In this document: positions 19,445-30,132 of the stretch, one piece after another | Layout of the letters: every line of letters begins with the position of its first letter | Position numbering within the stretch: position 1 is the first letter of the stretch | Assembly (NCBI GenBank): GCA_963530045.1 | Contig: CAUSDE010000026.1 | Span: 10,417 to 74,416 of the forward strand | Length of the DNA: 64,000 nt | DNA from: an uncultured Achromobacter sp. | GTDB taxonomy: Bacteria; Pseudomonadota; Gammaproteobacteria; Burkholderiales; Burkholderiaceae_B | Direction: 5' to 3' | The notes under the pieces: model-generated | Seen by the model: only the letters and a program-made list of their open reading frames with translations | Databases searched by the model: none | Told to the model about the DNA's origin: nothing | Translations under genes and position numbers: made by a program

Positions 19445-19621
19445 ATGGTGGGCTACCTGAGCGCAATCGTCACCGCCATTTCGATGGCAACCTTTTTCGG
19501 CATTGTCTGGTGGGCCTGCTCGCGCGGCCGCCAGGGCGCCAACCGCGAATCGGCCATGCTGCCGTTCGCCCTGCCCGATGAGTTCGGCCAGGCACAACAA
19601 GATGGAGCGAATCGGTCATGA
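19445..19621 (+). CDS. ccoQ: cbb3 oxidase subunit IV
   Basis: Small single-TM ORF (FFGIVWWA...AMLPF) between ccoO and ccoP. Confidence 0.9.
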   Translation: MVGYLSAIVTAISMATFFGIVWWACSRGRQGANRESAMLPFALPDEFGQAQQDGANRS

Positions 19622-20595
19622 GCGATTTCGTTAATGGCTTCTGGGGGTATTTCATCTCGGTCGTCGCCGTGGGCGGCGTGGTCTGGTGCCTGTGGCTGCT
19701 GTACACGCAGCGCCGCTGGCTCAGCAACAAGCCGGCCAACGGCCAGGTCGAAGACACCGGCCACGTCTGGGACGGTGACCTGACCGAGCTCAACAACCCG
19801 GTCCCCACCTGGTGGACCTGGATGTATCTGCTGGCATGCGTGTTCGCGCTGGGCTACCTGTTCTTCATGCCAGGCCTGGGTTCGTACAAGGGCCAATTGG
19901 GCTACAGCAGCACGGAAGAAGTCGCGCGGCACCAGGCCAAGATGGCCGAGGCCGTGCGCCCGATCTACGCGCGCTTCGAGACCATGACGGTGCCGCAGGT
20001 GGCGCAGGATCCGGCCGCCCTGGAAATGGGCCAGCGCCTGTTCCTGAATACGTGCGCGCAATGCCACGGCTCTGATGCGAAGGGCGGCCCCAGCTTTCCG
20101 AACCTGACCGATGGAGACTGGCTGTACGGCGGTTCGCCCGAAACCATCATGGAGACCATCACCAAGGGACGCCACGGCGTGATGCCGCCCTGGAAAGCGG
20201 CGATCGACGCCAAGACCGCCGGCGACATCGCCCAGTACGTGCGCTCGTTGTCGGGCCTGACCGCGGACGACATCCGCGTGTTCCGCGGCAAGCGCGAGTT
20301 CGCCAATTTCTGCGTGGCCTGTCACGGCGTGGACGGCAAGGGCAACCCGTTGCTGGGCGCGCCCAACCTGACGGACGACGTCTGGCTGTACGGCAGTTCG
20401 GAGGCCTCGATCGTCAAGACCATCCTGGATGGCCGCGACAACCGCATGCCGGCGCACGAGCACATCCTGAACCCCGAGCAGATCAAGGTGCTGACGGCGT
20501 GGGTGTGGGGCTTGTCGAACAACAAGCCGGGAACCGCCGAGAAGGGCGCGGCGGCGCCGGCCGCGCCGCTTGCGGCCAACGCTGCGGCGAAGTAA
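19618..20595 (+). CDS. ccoP: cbb3 oxidase subunit III (diheme c)
   Basis: TGHVWDGDLTELNNPVP, CAQCH, CVACH, WLYG. Confidence 0.97.
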   Translation: MSDFVNGFWGYFISVVAVGGVVWCLWLLYTQRRWLSNKPANGQVEDTGHVWDGDLTELNNPVPTWWTWMYLLACVFALGYLFFMPGLGSYKGQLGYSSTEEVARHQAKMAEAVRPIYARFETMTVPQVAQDPAALEMGQRLFLNTCAQCHGSDAKGGPSFPNLTDGDWLYGGSPETIMETITKGRHGVMPPWKAAIDAKTAGDIAQYVRSLSGLTADDIRVFRGKREFANFCVACHGVDGKGNPLLGAPNLTDDVWLYGSSEASIVKTILDGRDNRMPAHEHILNPEQIKVLTAWVWGLSNNKPGTAEKGAAAPAAPLAANAAAK

Positions 20596-20670
20596 GGCGG
20601 GCAGCAGGGCTTAGGTGGGGGGCGCGTCTCGCGGCCCCTACATCATTGGACTTACCGTACGGAGCAGCAA

Positions 20671-22161
20671 ATGGAAGATGGGTCAACCGCAAGCGTCGGC
20701 ACGCCGCCTGGCGGAGACCCGCCGCCCTGGCAACCGTATACGCGGCCGCCGCGTCCCGGCCAGGAAACGCTGGAGCAGACCCTGGCCGGTGTGCGCAGCA
20801 AGATCTATCCGCGATCCGTCAGTGGCATCTTCGCCCGCTGGCGCATCGCCTTCGTCTTTATCACCCAGCTGATCTTCTACGGGCTGCCCTGGTTGCAATG
20901 GAACGGCCGGCAGGCCGTGCTGTTCGACCTGGGCGCCCGCAAGTTCTACCTGTTCGGGCTGGTGCTGTGGCCGCAGGACGTGGTGTACCTGGCCGTGCTG
21001 CTGGTGATCTCGGCGCTGGCGCTGTTCCTCTTCACCGCGGTGGCGGGCCGGCTGTTCTGCGGTTACGCCTGTCCGCAAACGGTCTACACCGAAATCTTCA
21101 TGTGGATCGAGCGCAAGGTCGAAGGCGACCGCATCGCGCGCATCCGCCTGGACGAATCGCCATGGACCTGGCGCAAGGCGCGCCTGAAAGTCACCAAGCA
21201 CGTCTTGTGGATCGCGCTGGCCTGGTGGACGGGGTCCACCTTCATCGGTTATTTCGCGCCGATCCGTGAACTGGGCCATGAACTGTTCGCGCTGCAGCTC
21301 GGCCCGTGGCAATGGTTCTGGATGCTGTTCTACGGGTTCGCCACGTGGGGCAACGCCGGATTCATGCGCGAGTCCGTCTGCAAATACATGTGCCCCTACG
21401 CGCGTTTCCAGAGCGTGATGGTCGACCCGGACACCTTCGTCGTCACCTATGACAAGCGTCGCGGCGACCCGCGGGGCGGCCGCTCGCGCAAGGTGGACCA
21501 CAAGGCCGCCGGCCTGGGCGACTGCGTGGATTGCAGCTTGTGTGTGCAGGTCTGCCCCACCGGCATCGATATCCGGGAAGGGCTGCAGTACATGTGCATC
21601 GGTTGCGGCGCCTGTATCGACGCCTGCGAACAGGTCATGGACAAGATGCAGTACGAGCCCGGCCTGATCCGCTATACGTCGGATCGCGCCATGCAGGATG
21701 GGCTGTCCGCCAAGGGCGCGCGTTCGCATCTGCTGCGCCCGCGCGTGCTGATCTACGGCACGCTGATCCTGATCATGGCGGTGGCGTTCGTGGCGTCGCT
21801 GGCAATGCGCAACCCCTTGCGGGTGGACGTCATCCGCGACCGCGGCGCGTTGGGCCGGGAAGTGGCGGGCGGCCAAATCGAAAACGTCTATCGCCTGCAG
21901 ATCATCAACACGTCGGACACCGCCATGCGCCTGCGCCTGTCGGCCGACGGCATGCCGGGCCTGTCCGTCATGACGGGCCAGCAGGGCTCGGACGTGGTTG
22001 AAGTGGAACCCGCCGCCAACAAGCTGGTTCCCATGGTGATCCGGGCGCCGGCCGGCGTCGCGCCCGGCGCGCATGCCATCACGCTGCGCGCACGCGGCCA
22101 CGACGGCGAAAACCATCCGATCGAAACCGACGAACCCGCTAGCTTCTACGTGCCTGATTGA
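20671..22161 (+). CDS. ccoG: CcoG/FixG 4Fe-4S membrane protein
   Basis: GRLFCGYACPQT, CKYMCPYARFQS, CVDCSLCVQVCP, CIGCGACIDAC. Confidence 0.96.
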   Translation: MEDGSTASVGTPPGGDPPPWQPYTRPPRPGQETLEQTLAGVRSKIYPRSVSGIFARWRIAFVFITQLIFYGLPWLQWNGRQAVLFDLGARKFYLFGLVLWPQDVVYLAVLLVISALALFLFTAVAGRLFCGYACPQTVYTEIFMWIERKVEGDRIARIRLDESPWTWRKARLKVTKHVLWIALAWWTGSTFIGYFAPIRELGHELFALQLGPWQWFWMLFYGFATWGNAGFMRESVCKYMCPYARFQSVMVDPDTFVVTYDKRRGDPRGGRSRKVDHKAAGLGDCVDCSLCVQVCPTGIDIREGLQYMCIGCGACIDACEQVMDKMQYEPGLIRYTSDRAMQDGLSAKGARSHLLRPRVLIYGTLILIMAVAFVASLAMRNPLRVDVIRDRGALGREVAGGQIENVYRLQIINTSDTAMRLRLSADGMPGLSVMTGQQGSDVVEVEPAANKLVPMVIRAPAGVAPGAHAITLRARGHDGENHPIETDEPASFYVPD

Positions 22162-22181
22162 CTACGTAAAGGACGAACTTC

Positions 22182-22418
22182 ATGACCCTCGCACAATCCG
22201 CTCCGCCGCCCAAACCCTGGTACTACGAACCGTGGCCCTGGATCCTGATGGCCGGCCCGTTCGCGGCCATGGTCGGGTGCTTCATCACGATCTACTTCGC
22301 CTACAGCAACTTCACGCACGAGCCGATCCTGGAAGGCGTGGTCAAGCGCGGCCTGGTGATTGAGCAGGCGGCGCCCAAGACCGGCGAAGCCGCGGGCGCC
22401 GCGCGCGCCAATCCCTGA
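22182..22418 (+). CDS. ccoH: Short CcoH/FixH-like protein (78 aa)
   Basis: KPWYYEPWPWILMAGP FixH N-terminal signature directly after ccoG. Confidence 0.8.
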   Translation: MTLAQSAPPPKPWYYEPWPWILMAGPFAAMVGCFITIYFAYSNFTHEPILEGVVKRGLVIEQAAPKTGEAAGAARANP

Positions 22419-22431
22419 TGGGAGGACACAA

Positions 22432-22668
22432 ATGGGCTTGCGTTCATTGATGTGGATATTGTGGCCGTCGTTCCTGGCGGCTGCGGCGGGCAGCGCTCTG
22501 ATCTTCGCGCTGATCGATCCGTTGGACGTGGCGATCTTCGGGCACGTGCCCACGGGGCGCATGGGCTTCTACACGGTGTCGTTCTTCGTGTTGTGGGTGA
22601 TGGCCGGCTTGTCCAGCACGCTGACGGCCTACCTGATGCCCAAAGCGGCCGAGGAAGACCCGCTTTGA
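22432..22668 (+). CDS. Small two-TM membrane protein of the cco cluster
   Basis: GGAGG SD; MWILWPSFL...LIDP...GFYTVSFFVLW. Confidence 0.8.
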   Translation: MGLRSLMWILWPSFLAAAAGSALIFALIDPLDVAIFGHVPTGRMGFYTVSFFVLWVMAGLSSTLTAYLMPKAAEEDPL

Positions 22669-22678
22669 ATGGAAAGGG

Positions 22679-22697
22679 GCCCGCCAACCTGGCGGGC
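22679..22697. terminator. Hairpin between convergent cco operon and yjdM
   Basis: GCCCGCCA-ACC-TGGCGGGC. Confidence 0.5.
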
Positions 22698-22703
22698 GCC
22701 GCG

Positions 22704-23045
22704 TCAGACCTTTTTGACGAACTCCGACTTCAGGCTCATCTGGCCGAAGCCGTCGATCTTGCAATCGATGTCGTGGTCGCTGTCGACCAGGCGGATGCCT
22801 TTGACCTTGGTGCCCATCTTGATCACGCCGCCGGACCCCTTGAGTTTCAGGTCCTTGATGACGGTGATGGTGTCGCCGTCCTGCAGGACGTTGCCGGCCG
22901 AATCGCGGTAGACGCGGGCGTCGTCGTCCGAAGGCGCGGCGTCCTGCGCCGACCATTCATGCGCACATTCCGGGCAGACGTAGCCGCCGCCATCCTCGTA
23001 GGTGAATTCGGATTGGCATTTCGGACAGGCGGGCAATGCACTCAC
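22704..23045 (-). CDS. yjdM: PhnA/YjdM zinc-ribbon protein
   Basis: [36 protein letters not shown]. Confidence 0.93.
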   Translation of the reverse strand: MSALPACPKCQSEFTYEDGGGYVCPECAHEWSAQDAAPSDDDARVYRDSAGNVLQDGDTITVIKDLKLKGSGGVIKMGTKVKGIRLVDSDHDIDCKIDGFGQMSLKSEFVKKV

Positions 23046-23133
23046 GGGTGTACCTCAGGTGAAACGCGCGAATCGCGCAATACTCGATTGTACTGCCCCT
23101 GAGGTCTATTTTTTCCTTAACAAGCGCCTATCT

Positions 23134-24060
23134 TCACGCATTTTCGTGCAGTAAGTCGACAAAATGCTGTCCTGCAGCGCTCAAGGGGCGGTCGCGCGGC
23201 ACAATGCTGCCGAACGCGGCCAGCGACTGCCGGATCTGGTAGGGCAGGATCGCCAGCAGGCCGTGGCGGGCGTATCGGCTGGCGACCGATTCCGGAATGA
23301 CACCCAGCATCTGCGATTTCATCGCCAGATTGGTGGTGGTCAGGATGGAGGCGGATTCGATCAGTCCGGGCGGCAGGGCCGTGTTGTGAGATCGGAACTC
23401 ATGTTCGATCACGTCCCGCATCGGGCTGCCTTGCGGCTGCAGGATCCAGGGGTAGGCCTGCATCGCGTCGAAACTGACGCGCCGTTTGCGGGCCAGCGGG
23501 TGATCCACCGACGCGATGACGGACAGGGCCTCGTCGCCGATCGGGCGGAACAGGTAATTGCGGTCCGACAGGGTCAGCATGCGGCCGATCACCACGTCCA
23601 GCTTGCCTTCGTTCAACTGCGCGATCAGCAGGTCGCTGGTGCCGGTGGAGATTTCCACCGCCAACAGCGGATATGTCCGTTTCAGGCGCAGCAGCGCGTC
23701 GGTCAAATGGCTGGGCGAGGCCGCCATGATGCTGCCGATGAAGAGCTTGCCGGCGCTGCCCAGCCGCAGTTCATCCAATTCGCGGGCCAGCGACGACACC
23801 GTTCCGCGCATGCCCCGGAAATGTCCCATGACGCACTCGCCCGCGGCCGTCAGCGCCAGGCCGCGGCCCACGCGCTCGAACAGCGGCTGGCCCAACGCCA
23901 GCTCCAGTTCGTGCAGCATCTTGCTGGCGGCGGATTGGGTCATGTTCAGTTGCTGCGCAGCCGCGCGCAGGGTGCCCCGGTCGTCAATGGCAAGCAGCAG
24001 CACGACCTGCCGCATGCGCAGCCGGGCCAACAGGGCAGGGACATTCAGGTTGCGTTCCAC
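23134..24060 (-). CDS. LysR regulator (GbpR-like) of the sugar-acid cluster
   Basis: RLRMRQ, AAQQLNMTQSAASKML, LFER. Confidence 0.92.
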   Translation of the reverse strand: MERNLNVPALLARLRMRQVVLLLAIDDRGTLRAAAQQLNMTQSAASKMLHELELALGQPLFERVGRGLALTAAGECVMGHFRGMRGTVSSLARELDELRLGSAGKLFIGSIMAASPSHLTDALLRLKRTYPLLAVEISTGTSDLLIAQLNEGKLDVVIGRMLTLSDRNYLFRPIGDEALSVIASVDHPLARKRRVSFDAMQAYPWILQPQGSPMRDVIEHEFRSHNTALPPGLIESASILTTTNLAMKSQMLGVIPESVASRYARHGLLAILPYQIRQSLAAFGSIVPRDRPLSAAGQHFVDLLHENA

Positions 24061-24183
24061 GATTGATCGCTTCAGGTGAACGGTTGGTGCGAAAGTTTCA
24101 TTTTACGGAAACGGAGGTTCTCCCTAAGATGCATTCACAACAAATTGCCCGGCAGCGGCAAAGAATTCATCAAGGAGACAACC

Positions 24184-25170
24184 ATGAAGATCCGCGTATT
24201 GGCCGCGATGGCGGCGGGCGCCCTGTGCCTGTCCGTCCTGGCCACCGGCCCGGCGCACGCCCAGGCGCAACCGGCCGGCTGGCCCACCAAACCGCTGCGC
24301 CTGCTGGTCGGGTCCGCGCCCGGCGGCGGCACCGACGCCATGGCGCGCGCCGTGGCCGACAGGCTTGGACCCATGCTCAAGCAGACGGTCGTGGTCGAGA
24401 ACAAGCCGGGCGCGTCCAACACGCTGGCGGCCGATCTGGCCGCGAAGTCGGCGGACAGCCACACCATGGTGATGGGCGTGTCCACGGCCCACGCGATTGC
24501 GCCCCATCTGCTCAAGCTGGGATACGACAATGACCGCGACCTGACGCCCGTGGTGTTCGTGGGCGCGGTGCCCAACATCCTGGTCGTCAACAACCAGGTG
24601 CCCGCGAAATCGGTGCAGGAACTGATCGCGCTGCTTAAAAGCAAGCCGGGGGAATACAACTTCGCCAGCAGCGGCTCCGGCAGCACCCAGCACATCGCGG
24701 CGGAACTGTTCAAGGACGCCACCGGCGTGCAGATGACGCACATCCCCTACCGCGGCAGCGGTCCGGCCATGGTGGACCTGATGGGCGGACAGGTGCAGAT
24801 CGCCTTCGAGACGGCGTCCTCCGTCATCCCCCACATCAAAAGCGGCAAGGTGCGCGCGCTGGCCGTGCTGAGCGCCCGGCGCAACGCCCAATTGCCGGAC
24901 GTGCCGACGATGGCCGAGGCCGGCGTGCCCGGCGTCGAAATGAGTGCGTGGTATGGCATCTACATGCCCAGCGCCACGCCCGCCGCCATCCAGAAGCGCA
25001 TCCATGACGACGTCAACCAGATCCTGGCGCTGCCTGAAACGCAGACCCGCCTGTTGGCGATCGGCGCGGACATCACGCCAATGAGCCAGGAACAGTTCGC
25101 GCAATTCCACAAGACCGAGAATCAGCGCTACGCCGGCATCATCAAGAAGAACAACATTTCCGTGGAATGA
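24184..25170 (+). CDS. Bug/TctC substrate-binding protein
   Basis: Signal peptide, APGGGTD, VENKPGA, HIPYRG; AAGGAG SD. Confidence 0.95.
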   Translation: MKIRVLAAMAAGALCLSVLATGPAHAQAQPAGWPTKPLRLLVGSAPGGGTDAMARAVADRLGPMLKQTVVVENKPGASNTLAADLAAKSADSHTMVMGVSTAHAIAPHLLKLGYDNDRDLTPVVFVGAVPNILVVNNQVPAKSVQELIALLKSKPGEYNFASSGSGSTQHIAAELFKDATGVQMTHIPYRGSGPAMVDLMGGQVQIAFETASSVIPHIKSGKVRALAVLSARRNAQLPDVPTMAEAGVPGVEMSAWYGIYMPSATPAAIQKRIHDDVNQILALPETQTRLLAIGADITPMSQEQFAQFHKTENQRYAGIIKKNNISVE

Positions 25171-25177
25171 CCCCAGC

Positions 25178-26218
25178 ATGAACCCCAACTCGAATTCCAA
25201 CCCGAACCCCGTCATTGCCCTGACCCTGGGCGACCCCGCCGGTATCGGCGCCGAACTGATCGCCCGTCTGCTTGCCAAGCCAGAGGCCTGCGAGCGCGCC
25301 AATATCGTGCTGGTGGGCGACGCCTGGCTGTGGCGCGAAGGCCAGCGCGTGGTGGGCGTGCAGGTGGCGACGCAGACGGTGGACAGCATCGAGGCGGTGC
25401 GCAACCGGCCGGACACCCGCCTGCCGGCGTGGCTGGAAATGGACACGATCCGGCCCGACCAGGTCACCGTCGGCCAGCCCCAGGCGGCCGGCGGCGCCTC
25501 GGTGCTGCGCGTGCTGGATGCTTGCATGGACGCGGCGCGCGCCGGGCATGTGGACGCGATCTGTTTTGCGCCGTTGAACAAGTTCGCCATGAAGCTGGGC
25601 GGCTTGAAGCACGACGACGAACTGCACCACTTCGCGCAGTACCTGGGCGTCACCGGCTACTTCTGTGAATTCAACACGCTGGGCGAGCTGTGGACGTCGC
25701 GGGTGTCCTCGCATATTCCGCTGAAGGACGCTGCGGCGGCGCTGAGCATCGACGGCATCAAGGCGGCGACGCGGCTGATCTACCGGTCGCTGCAGGCCAA
25801 CGGCATCGCCACGCCGCGCGTGGCGGTGGCCGCCTTCAATCCGCATGGCGGCGACGGTGGCACGTGCGGCCGCGAAGAGGTCGATATCATCGCGCCCGCC
25901 GTACGCCAGCTGAACGAGGAGGGGCTGCCCGTGCAGGGACCCTTTCCCGCGGACACCATCTTCCTGAGAGCGCAGGCCGGCGAGTTCCAGGCGATCGTCA
26001 CCATGTACCACGACCAGGGGCAGATCGCGATCAAGCTGCTGGGCTTCGCGCGCGGGGTGACGGTGCAGGGCGGCCTGCCGATCCCCATCACCACGCCCGC
26101 GCACGGCACCGCGTACGACATCGCGGGCCAGGGCCGCGCCAATGTGGAAGCCACCTGGCAAGCCTTCCAGATCGCCTGCCGGATGGGCGTATCGCACCGT
26201 TTCCCGTCTTCCAAGTAG
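25178..26218 (+). CDS. pdxA: PdxA-family dehydrogenase (PdxA2-like)
   Basis: GDPAGIGAE, NPHGGD, GPFPADTIF, MYHDQGQI, TPAHGTAYDIAG. Confidence 0.9.
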   Translation: MNPNSNSNPNPVIALTLGDPAGIGAELIARLLAKPEACERANIVLVGDAWLWREGQRVVGVQVATQTVDSIEAVRNRPDTRLPAWLEMDTIRPDQVTVGQPQAAGGASVLRVLDACMDAARAGHVDAICFAPLNKFAMKLGGLKHDDELHHFAQYLGVTGYFCEFNTLGELWTSRVSSHIPLKDAAAALSIDGIKAATRLIYRSLQANGIATPRVAVAAFNPHGGDGGTCGREEVDIIAPAVRQLNEEGLPVQGPFPADTIFLRAQAGEFQAIVTMYHDQGQIAIKLLGFARGVTVQGGLPIPITTPAHGTAYDIAGQGRANVEATWQAFQIACRMGVSHRFPSSK

Positions 26219-26227
26219 GAACCCGAC

Positions 26228-27400
26228 ATGAAGATCAAATCCGTCCGCGCCCGCGTTTTCGAATGGACCGGCAAGACCGTGCCGCCCCAGGGCAATTTCT
26301 GCTCCAACGCCATGGACCTGCTGTATTCCAAGCAGGAAACCATGAGCACGTTCCGCTTTCACGGCTGGACCGTCGTCGAAGTGGAAACCGATGACGGCAT
26401 CGTGGGGCTGGGCAATGTGGCGCTGGCCCCGCGCGTGGCCAAGGCCATCATCGACCAGTACCTGACGCCGCTGGTGGTGGGGCAGGACCCGTGGGACTAC
26501 GAATACCTGTGGCAGCGCATGTACCGGGCCACGCACGCCTGGGGCCGCAAGGGCGTGACGATGGCGGCCATCTCGGGCATTGACCTCGCCATCTGGGACG
26601 TCCTGGGCAAGTCGGTGAACAAGCCTGTCTTCAAGCTGTTGGGCGGCCGGACCAAGGAGAAGATCCCTGTCTACTACTCCAAGCTGTACCGCACCGATCT
26701 GAAGGCGATGCAGGAAGAGGCGCAGACCTATCTGGACCAGGGATTCACGGCGTTCAAGATGCGCTTCGGCTACGGGCCGGCGCATCTGCAGAAGGGCGTG
26801 GCCGAGAACCTGAAGTCGGTCGAGGCCGTGCGCGAAGTCATCGGGTACGACACGGACCTGATGCTGGAATGCTATATGGGGTGGAACCTGGAATACGCCA
26901 AGCGCATCCTGCCCAAGCTTGAGAAGTTCGAGCCCCGCTGGCTGGAAGAGCCCGTCATCGCCGATGATGTCGACGGCTACGCCGAATTGAACCAGCTGAC
27001 GTCGATCCCGATCTCGGGCGGCGAGCACGAGTTCTCGCTTTACGGGTTCAAGCAGCTGCTGGACAGGAAGGCGGTGTCGGTCGTGCAGTACGACACGAAC
27101 CGCGTGGGCGGCATCACGGCGGCGCACAAGATCAATGCGCTGTGCGAGGCCTACAGCGTGCCGGTCATCCCGCACGCCGGCCAGATGCACAACTACCACC
27201 TCACCATGAGCACGCTGGCCTCGCCCATGAGCGAGTATTTTCCGATGTTCGACGTGGAAGTCGGCAATGAGCTGTTCTACTACATCTTCGACGGTGAGCC
27301 GGTGGCCAAAGAGGGCTTCATCGACCTGGACGACAACAAGCCGGGCCTGGGGCTGACGCTGAAGACCGAGTACCTGAATGATTTCAACATCATCGAATAG
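26228..27400 (+). CDS. Enolase-superfamily sugar-acid dehydratase (L-lyxonate/L-rhamnonate dehydratase-like)
   Basis: [35 protein letters not shown]. Confidence 0.88.
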   Translation: MKIKSVRARVFEWTGKTVPPQGNFCSNAMDLLYSKQETMSTFRFHGWTVVEVETDDGIVGLGNVALAPRVAKAIIDQYLTPLVVGQDPWDYEYLWQRMYRATHAWGRKGVTMAAISGIDLAIWDVLGKSVNKPVFKLLGGRTKEKIPVYYSKLYRTDLKAMQEEAQTYLDQGFTAFKMRFGYGPAHLQKGVAENLKSVEAVREVIGYDTDLMLECYMGWNLEYAKRILPKLEKFEPRWLEEPVIADDVDGYAELNQLTSIPISGGEHEFSLYGFKQLLDRKAVSVVQYDTNRVGGITAAHKINALCEAYSVPVIPHAGQMHNYHLTMSTLASPMSEYFPMFDVEVGNELFYYIFDGEPVAKEGFIDLDDNKPGLGLTLKTEYLNDFNIIE

Positions 27401-27407
27401 GCCCGCC

Positions 27408-28355
27408 ATGATCACGACCCCCACGATCCCCACGCCCCAGGCGCCGCGTTACCGCGGCATCTTCCCGGTGGTGCCCACGCCTTTCACCGAGGCGGGCGAC
27501 CTGGATCTGCCCAGCCAGAAGCGGGCAGTGGACTTCATGATCGATTCGGGCGTGGACGGCCTGTGCATCCTGGCGAACTTCTCCGAACAGTTCGTGCTGT
27601 CGGACGACGAACGCGAGGTGCTCACGCGGACCATCCTGGAACACGTGGCGGGCCGCGTGCCCGTCATCGTGACGACCACGCACTTCAGCACCCGGGTGTG
27701 CGCGGCGCGCAGCCGGCGCGCGCAGGACCAGGGCGCGGCCATGCTGATGATCATGCCGCCCTACCATGGGGCGACGATCCGCGTGCCTGAAGCGCAGGTC
27801 GAGGCGTTCTTCCAGCAGGTGTCGGACGCGGTGGACATTCCCATCATGATCCAGGACGCGCCGGTGGCGGGCACGCCGTTGTCGGCCGCGCTGTTGGCCA
27901 AGATGGCGCGCGAAATCCGGCAGGTCTCGTATTTCAAGATCGAGACCGCGGGCGCTGCCTCCAAGCTGCGCGACCTGATCGCGTTGGGCGGGGCGGCGGT
28001 GGAGGGCCCCTGGGACGGTGAGGAAGCCATCACGCTGCTGCCCGACCTGGACGCGGGCGCCACGGGATCCATGACGGGCGGCGGCTTCGCCGACGGCATC
28101 CGCCCCATCATCGAGGCGCACCGCGCGGGCCGGCGCGATGAGGCCTGCTGCCTGTACGAGCGCTGGCTGCCGCTGATCAACTATGAAAACCGGCAGGGCG
28201 GCATCCTGACCGCCAAAGCGTTGATGAAGGCCGGCGGCGTGATCGATTGCGAGGCGCCCCGGCACCCGTTCCCGCCCATGCGCCCCGAGGTCCGGCAGGG
28301 CCTGTTGGAAACCGCCCGCCGATTGGACCCCCTGGTGCTGCGTTGGGGGCGTTAA
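27408..28355 (+). CDS. DapA-like 2-keto-3-deoxy-L-pentonate (L-KDA) dehydratase
   Basis: ILANFSEQF, MPPYHGAT, IQDAP, YFKIE, GPWDGEEAI, LINYENRQ. Confidence 0.85.
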   Translation: MITTPTIPTPQAPRYRGIFPVVPTPFTEAGDLDLPSQKRAVDFMIDSGVDGLCILANFSEQFVLSDDEREVLTRTILEHVAGRVPVIVTTTHFSTRVCAARSRRAQDQGAAMLMIMPPYHGATIRVPEAQVEAFFQQVSDAVDIPIMIQDAPVAGTPLSAALLAKMAREIRQVSYFKIETAGAASKLRDLIALGGAAVEGPWDGEEAITLLPDLDAGATGSMTGGGFADGIRPIIEAHRAGRRDEACCLYERWLPLINYENRQGGILTAKALMKAGGVIDCEAPRHPFPPMRPEVRQGLLETARRLDPLVLRWGR

Positions 28356-28450
28356 TCCCTGAAACGGGAACACTGCGTTCCGCCACGCCGAACAAGCTGT
28401 AACGGCGTGGCGGGTAAAATCTCCGGCTATCGATCACGTCGGGGGCTCGT

Positions 28451-29374
28451 GTGCAGCCGGTTATATCAGTTCAGGGCTTATCCAAGCGGTACGCCTCGGG
28501 GTTCCAGGCGCTCAAGAGCGTCAACCTGGAAATTCAGCGCGGTGAGATCTTCGCCTTGCTCGGGCCGAATGGCGCGGGCAAGACGACACTGATCAGCATC
28601 ATCTGCGGCATCGTCAATCCCAGCGATGGCCGTGTCCTGGCCGACGGCCACGACATCGTGTCGGACTTCCGCGCCGCGCGTTCCAAGATCGGCCTGGTGC
28701 CGCAAGAGATTTCCACCGACGCGTTCGAAAGCGTCTGGAACACCGTCACGTTCAGCCGTGGCCTCTTCGGCAAGCCGGCCAATCCGGCCTACATTGAAAA
28801 GGTGTTGCGCGACCTGTCCTTGTGGGACAAGAAGGACAGCCGCATCATGGCGCTGTCGGGCGGGATGAAGCGCCGCGTCATGATCGCCAAGGCGTTGTCG
28901 CACGAACCCGCCATCCTGTTCCTGGACGAGCCCACGGCGGGCGTGGACGTGGAGTTGCGCCGCGGCATGTGGGAAATGGTGCGGCGCCTGCGCGAAAGCG
29001 GCGTCACCATCATCCTGACCACGCATTACATCGAAGAAGCGCAGGAAATGGCCGACCGCATCGGCGTGATCCGCAAGGGCGAGATCATCCTGGTCGAAGA
29101 AAAGGACGCGCTGATGGCCAAACTGGGCAAGCGCCAGCTGAGCCTGACCTTGAAAGCGCCGTTGCCGGGCATCCCGACCGCGCTGGACGCCTATCAGCTG
29201 GACTTGTCCAGCGATGGGTACAAGCTGGTCTATACCTACGACAACCAGGGAGGCGGCCAGATTTCCCAGCTGCTGCACGACCTGAGCCGGCTCCAGATCG
29301 AATTCACCGACCTGAATTCATCGGAAAGCTCGCTCGAGGATATCTTTGTCAGCCTGGTACACGGTCAATCATGA
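28451..29374 (+). CDS. ABC transporter ATP-binding protein (YadG-like)
   Basis: [28 protein letters not shown]. Confidence 0.95.
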   Translation: MQPVISVQGLSKRYASGFQALKSVNLEIQRGEIFALLGPNGAGKTTLISIICGIVNPSDGRVLADGHDIVSDFRAARSKIGLVPQEISTDAFESVWNTVTFSRGLFGKPANPAYIEKVLRDLSLWDKKDSRIMALSGGMKRRVMIAKALSHEPAILFLDEPTAGVDVELRRGMWEMVRRLRESGVTIILTTHYIEEAQEMADRIGVIRKGEIILVEEKDALMAKLGKRQLSLTLKAPLPGIPTALDAYQLDLSSDGYKLVYTYDNQGGGQISQLLHDLSRLQIEFTDLNSSESSLEDIFVSLVHGQS

Positions 29375-30132
29375 ACTTCTACGCCATCCGCGCGATCTAC
29401 CTGTTTGAAATGGCCCGGGCCTGGCGCACGCTGATGCAAAGCGTGTTGTCGCCGGTCATCTCCACGTCGCTGTACTTCGTGGTGTTCGGTTCGGCCATCG
29501 GTTCGCACATGGTCGAGATCGACGGGGTCAGCTACGGCGCGTTCATCGTGCCGGGCATGATCATGCTGTCGCTCTTGACGCAAAGCATCGCCAACGCGTC
29601 CTTCGGCATCTACATGCCGCGGTTCTCCGGCACCATCTACGAAATCCATTCGGCGCCCATCTCGTATGTGGAGATCGTCATGGGCTACGTGGGGGCGGCC
29701 GCCAGCAAGTCCATCATCCTGGGGCTGATCATGCTGGCCACGGCGCGCCTGTTCGTGTCGTTCGAAGTCGCGCACCCGGTCTGGATGCTGGGCTTCCTGG
29801 TGCTGACGGCCGTCACGTTCAGCTTGTTCGGCTTCATCATCGGCGTGTGGGCCGACGGCTTCGAGAAGCTGCAGATCATCCCGCTGATGATCATCACGCC
29901 GCTGACCTTCCTGGGCGGCACCTTCTATTCGATCAAGATGCTGCCGCCGTTCTGGCAGACCGCCACCCTGTTCAACCCGGTGGTCTACCTGGTCAGCGGC
30001 TTCCGCTGGGCGTTCTACGGCGTGTCGGACGTCAGCGTCGGGGTCAGCGTCGGCATGACGCTGGTGTTCCTCGTTGCCTGCCTGATCGGCGTACGCTGGA
30101 TCTTCAAGACGGGCTATCGGCTGAAGACCTGA
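29371..30132 (+). CDS. ABC-2 permease (YadH-like)
   Basis: [35 protein letters not shown] overlap. Confidence 0.93.
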   Translation: MNFYAIRAIYLFEMARAWRTLMQSVLSPVISTSLYFVVFGSAIGSHMVEIDGVSYGAFIVPGMIMLSLLTQSIANASFGIYMPRFSGTIYEIHSAPISYVEIVMGYVGAAASKSIILGLIMLATARLFVSFEVAHPVWMLGFLVLTAVTFSLFGFIIGVWADGFEKLQIIPLMIITPLTFLGGTFYSIKMLPPFWQTATLFNPVVYLVSGFRWAFYGVSDVSVGVSVGMTLVFLVACLIGVRWIFKTGYRLKT

